In this document: positions 62,463-64,000 of the stretch, one piece after another | Layout: each line of letters starts with the position of its first letter | Position numbering within the stretch: position 1 is the first letter of the stretch | Assembly: GCA_964450715.1 (NCBI GenBank) | Contig: CAYVFC010000003.1 | Coordinates: 5,407 to 69,406, forward strand | Length of the DNA stretch: 64,000 nt | Direction of reading: 5' to 3' | From: an uncultured Sandaracinaceae bacterium | GTDB lineage: Bacteria; Myxococcota_A; Polyangia; Polyangiales; JAFGIB01 | The notes under the pieces: generated by a model | What the model was told of the DNA's origin: nothing | The model's database searches: none | The model's input: only the letters and a program-made list of their open reading frames with translations | Position numbers and translations under genes: made by a program

Positions 62463-63662
62463 TCAGCGCCGCGCCTTGTTCTTGCGGGGGCGGCTCTTCT
62501 TCAGCAGCATCGAGGCCAGCCGGGCGGCGCGGTCGGTCTTCTCCCAGGTGAAGCTCTTCTCGGTGCGGCCGAAGTGACCGTAGGCGGCCGTGGGCCGGTA
62601 GATGGGCCGGAGCAGATCCAGCTGCTGGATGATGGCCGCGGGCCTGAAATCGAACACGCGTCCGACCGCCCGGGCGATCTTGTCCTCGGACACCACGCCG
62701 GTGCCATAGGTGGTCACGTGAATGCTGATGGGCTTGGCCACCCCGATGGCATAGGAGACCTGCACCTCGCACCTGCGGGCCAGCCCGGCGGCCACGATGT
62801 TCTTGGCCACGTAGCGTCCGAAGTAACAGGCGCTGCGGTCGACCTTGGACGGATCCTTGCCGCTGAACGCGCCACCGCCGTGCCGACCCATGCCGCCGTA
62901 GGTGTCGACGATGATCTTGCGGCCCGTAAGCCCCGCGTCCCCGTAGGGGCCGCCGATGACGAAGCGCCCGGTGGGATTGACCCAGAACTTGGTCTTGCTG
63001 TCGATCATCCGGCGCGGCACCACCGGCTTGATGATCTTCTCGATCACGCCCTCGCGGATCTTTTTGTAGCTGACGTCCGGGGAGTGCTGGGTCGAGACCA
63101 CCACCGCGTCCACCCGCTTGGGCCGGTGGTCGGCGTCGTACTCGATGGTGACCTGGCCCTTGGCGTCCGGGCGCAGCCAGGGCAGCCGGCCGCTCTTGAG
63201 CAGCTGCGACTGCCGCTTCATCAGCTTGTGGGCCAGCATGATGGGCATGGGCATGAGATCGGGCGTCTCGTCCACCGCAAAGCCGAACATCAGCCCCTGG
63301 TCGCCGGCTCCCTGCTCCTTGAACATCCCCTTGCCCTTGGACACGCCCTGGCTGATATCGGGCGACTGCTGCTCGACCGCGGTGAGCACCGCGCAGGTAG
63401 CCGCGTCGAATCCCATCGAGGAATCCGTGTAGCCGATGTCGGTGACAGTCTGCCGCACCAGCTTGGCGAAATCGATATCAGCCTTGCTGGTGATCTCCCC
63501 GGCGCAGATTACGTAGCCGGTCTTGACCATGGTTTCGCAAGCCACGCGCGAGCGCTTGTCGGCGGCCAGCGCGGCGTCGAGCACGGCGTCCGAGATGGCG
63601 TCGCACATCTTGTCCGGGTGCCCCGCGGACACGGATTCGGAAGTGAACAGGTAGCCGGCCAT
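62463..63662 (-). CDS. metK: S-adenosylmethionine synthetase
   Basis: ORF 62463..63809, with start [21 protein letters not shown] at 63662 after AGGAGG. Motifs are [10 protein letters not shown] and GGGAFSGKD. Confidence 0.95.
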   Translation of the reverse strand: MAGYLFTSESVSAGHPDKMCDAISDAVLDAALAADKRSRVACETMVKTGYVICAGEITSKADIDFAKLVRQTVTDIGYTDSSMGFDAATCAVLTAVEQQSPDISQGVSKGKGMFKEQGAGDQGLMFGFAVDETPDLMPMPIMLAHKLMKRQSQLLKSGRLPWLRPDAKGQVTIEYDADHRPKRVDAVVVSTQHSPDVSYKKIREGVIEKIIKPVVPRRMIDSKTKFWVNPTGRFVIGGPYGDAGLTGRKIIVDTYGGMGRHGGGAFSGKDPSKVDRSACYFGRYVAKNIVAAGLARRCEVQVSYAIGVAKPISIHVTTYGTGVVSEDKIARAVGRVFDFRPAAIIQQLDLLRPIYRPTAAYGHFGRTEKSFTWEKTDRAARLASMLLKKSRPRKNKARR

Positions 63663-63695
63663 AAAAATCCTCCTGGGTCGCAATCGGAATCTTTC

Positions 63696-63713
63696 ACATA
63701 CGAGTTCGTATGT
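63696..63713. promoter_or_regulatory. Perfect 8-bp inverted repeat overlapping a TTGACA -35 box upstream of metK
   Basis: The minus strand reads TTGACATACGAACTCGTATGT, containing ACATACGA-AC-TCGTATGT. The -10 is weak. Confidence 0.3.
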
Positions 63714-63804
63714 CAACTGGTTAACACAGTTTGTAGACGCGCGTCCGTGCAGTGTCAAATAGGCCGTTTTTTTATCGTTTTCGTTCCCGCCGTAGAATTC
63801 CCAT

Positions 63805-63830
63805 GTCATCTCGACCGAAGGGAGAGATCT
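63805..63830. repeat. Family A repeat, solo left-arm half copy
   Basis: GTCATCTCGACCGAAGGGAGAGATCT. Confidence 0.7.
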
Positions 63831-64000
63831 TCTTCCGGTCGTGCTGGCTGCAGTCGCTCCTGTCGTAGAATCTGGGCCCAGTTGAGCATGGCCGTGCCCG
63901 CGTGCTGGACGAAGTCGTTCCTCACGGAGAGATCAGCCGGGTATCCGGGAACCCCTCCCAGGGCCGCCCGAGGATTTAGCAGCAGGTGCTCGGGCCCGGG
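63806..64000 (-). CDS. Unknown protein, C-terminal 64 codons only (gene continues beyond the right edge)
   Basis: My own minus-strand translation reads [64 protein letters not shown]. The last 8 or so codons and the TGA stop lie inside the family A repeat. Confidence 0.4.
   Translation of the reverse strand, partial: PGPEHLLLNPRAALGGVPGYPADLSVRNDFVQHAGTAMLNWAQILRQERLQPARPEEDLSLRSR

Noticed and set aside
63663-63804. SAM riboswitch upstream of metK
   Set aside because: The distance between the candidate TTGACA promoter and the start codon is only about 50 nt, too short for a SAM-I or SAM-II aptamer. I saw no recognisable conserved aptamer helices.

Overview
High-GC bacterial chromosomal segment with a strong G/C third-position bias. 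Several hallmarks point to Myxococcota: a MYXO-CTERM-type sorting tail, Myxococcus cysteine-rich repeats, SBBP/PEGA lipoproteins, two Ser/Thr kinases and sigma-54-type promoter motifs. I support about 48 protein-coding genes. I saw no rRNA, tRNA, CRISPR array, transposase or integrase. All family assignments come from motif recognition by eye, with no database search, so treat them as hypotheses graded by the confidence values. Gene content, left to right: (1) 1-8486, a radical-SAM maturation cluster. It holds a B12-domain rSAM cut by the left edge, a tandem rSAM/rSAM-SPASM fusion, a protein with only a SPASM-like Cys block, and a third rSAM-SPASM. These are followed by a Tat-signal lipoprotein with a Trp/Tyr-X-Asp/Asn-rich tail and a GT-C-type membrane glycosyltransferase. 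This is my best candidate for an undescribed system. (2) A lipoprotein and an FHA-adenylate cyclase. (3) 10834-19690, a five-gene minus-strand operon: a DUF2378-like protein, a 1192-aa membrane protein, a Cys-rich/beta-propeller lipoprotein, a TPR/PEGA protein and a Ser/Thr kinase. (4) 19872-29044, a nine-gene TetR-headed acyl-CoA carboxylase operon with two carboxyltransferases, BCCP, AccC, a crotonase, a BKACE enzyme, an acyl-CoA dehydrogenase and a DinB-like protein. (5) Nitronate monooxygenase, a beta-helix MYXO-CTERM protein, NUDIX, a crotonase, a coiled-coil HhH protein, an SLC12-like cation-chloride cotransporter, an MBL hydrolase and a vWA lipoprotein. (6) pyrE, pyrF and a fused pyrD-pyrK, then class II aldolase. 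(7) An AT-rich 550-bp region with three tandem sigma-54-like promoters upstream of a ThyA-fold gene, followed by a divergent FtsZ/tubulin-like GTPase with a HEAT tail. (8) More lipoproteins, a thioredoxin-fold/HEAT protein, an esterase and a second kinase. (9) A repeat-rich region leading into ACP, a thioesterase and a cutinase/PETase-like lipoprotein. (10) A choice-of-anchor-Q beta-helix lipoprotein, a HEAT protein, a MaoC dehydratase and metK. At least three dispersed intergenic repeat families are also present.
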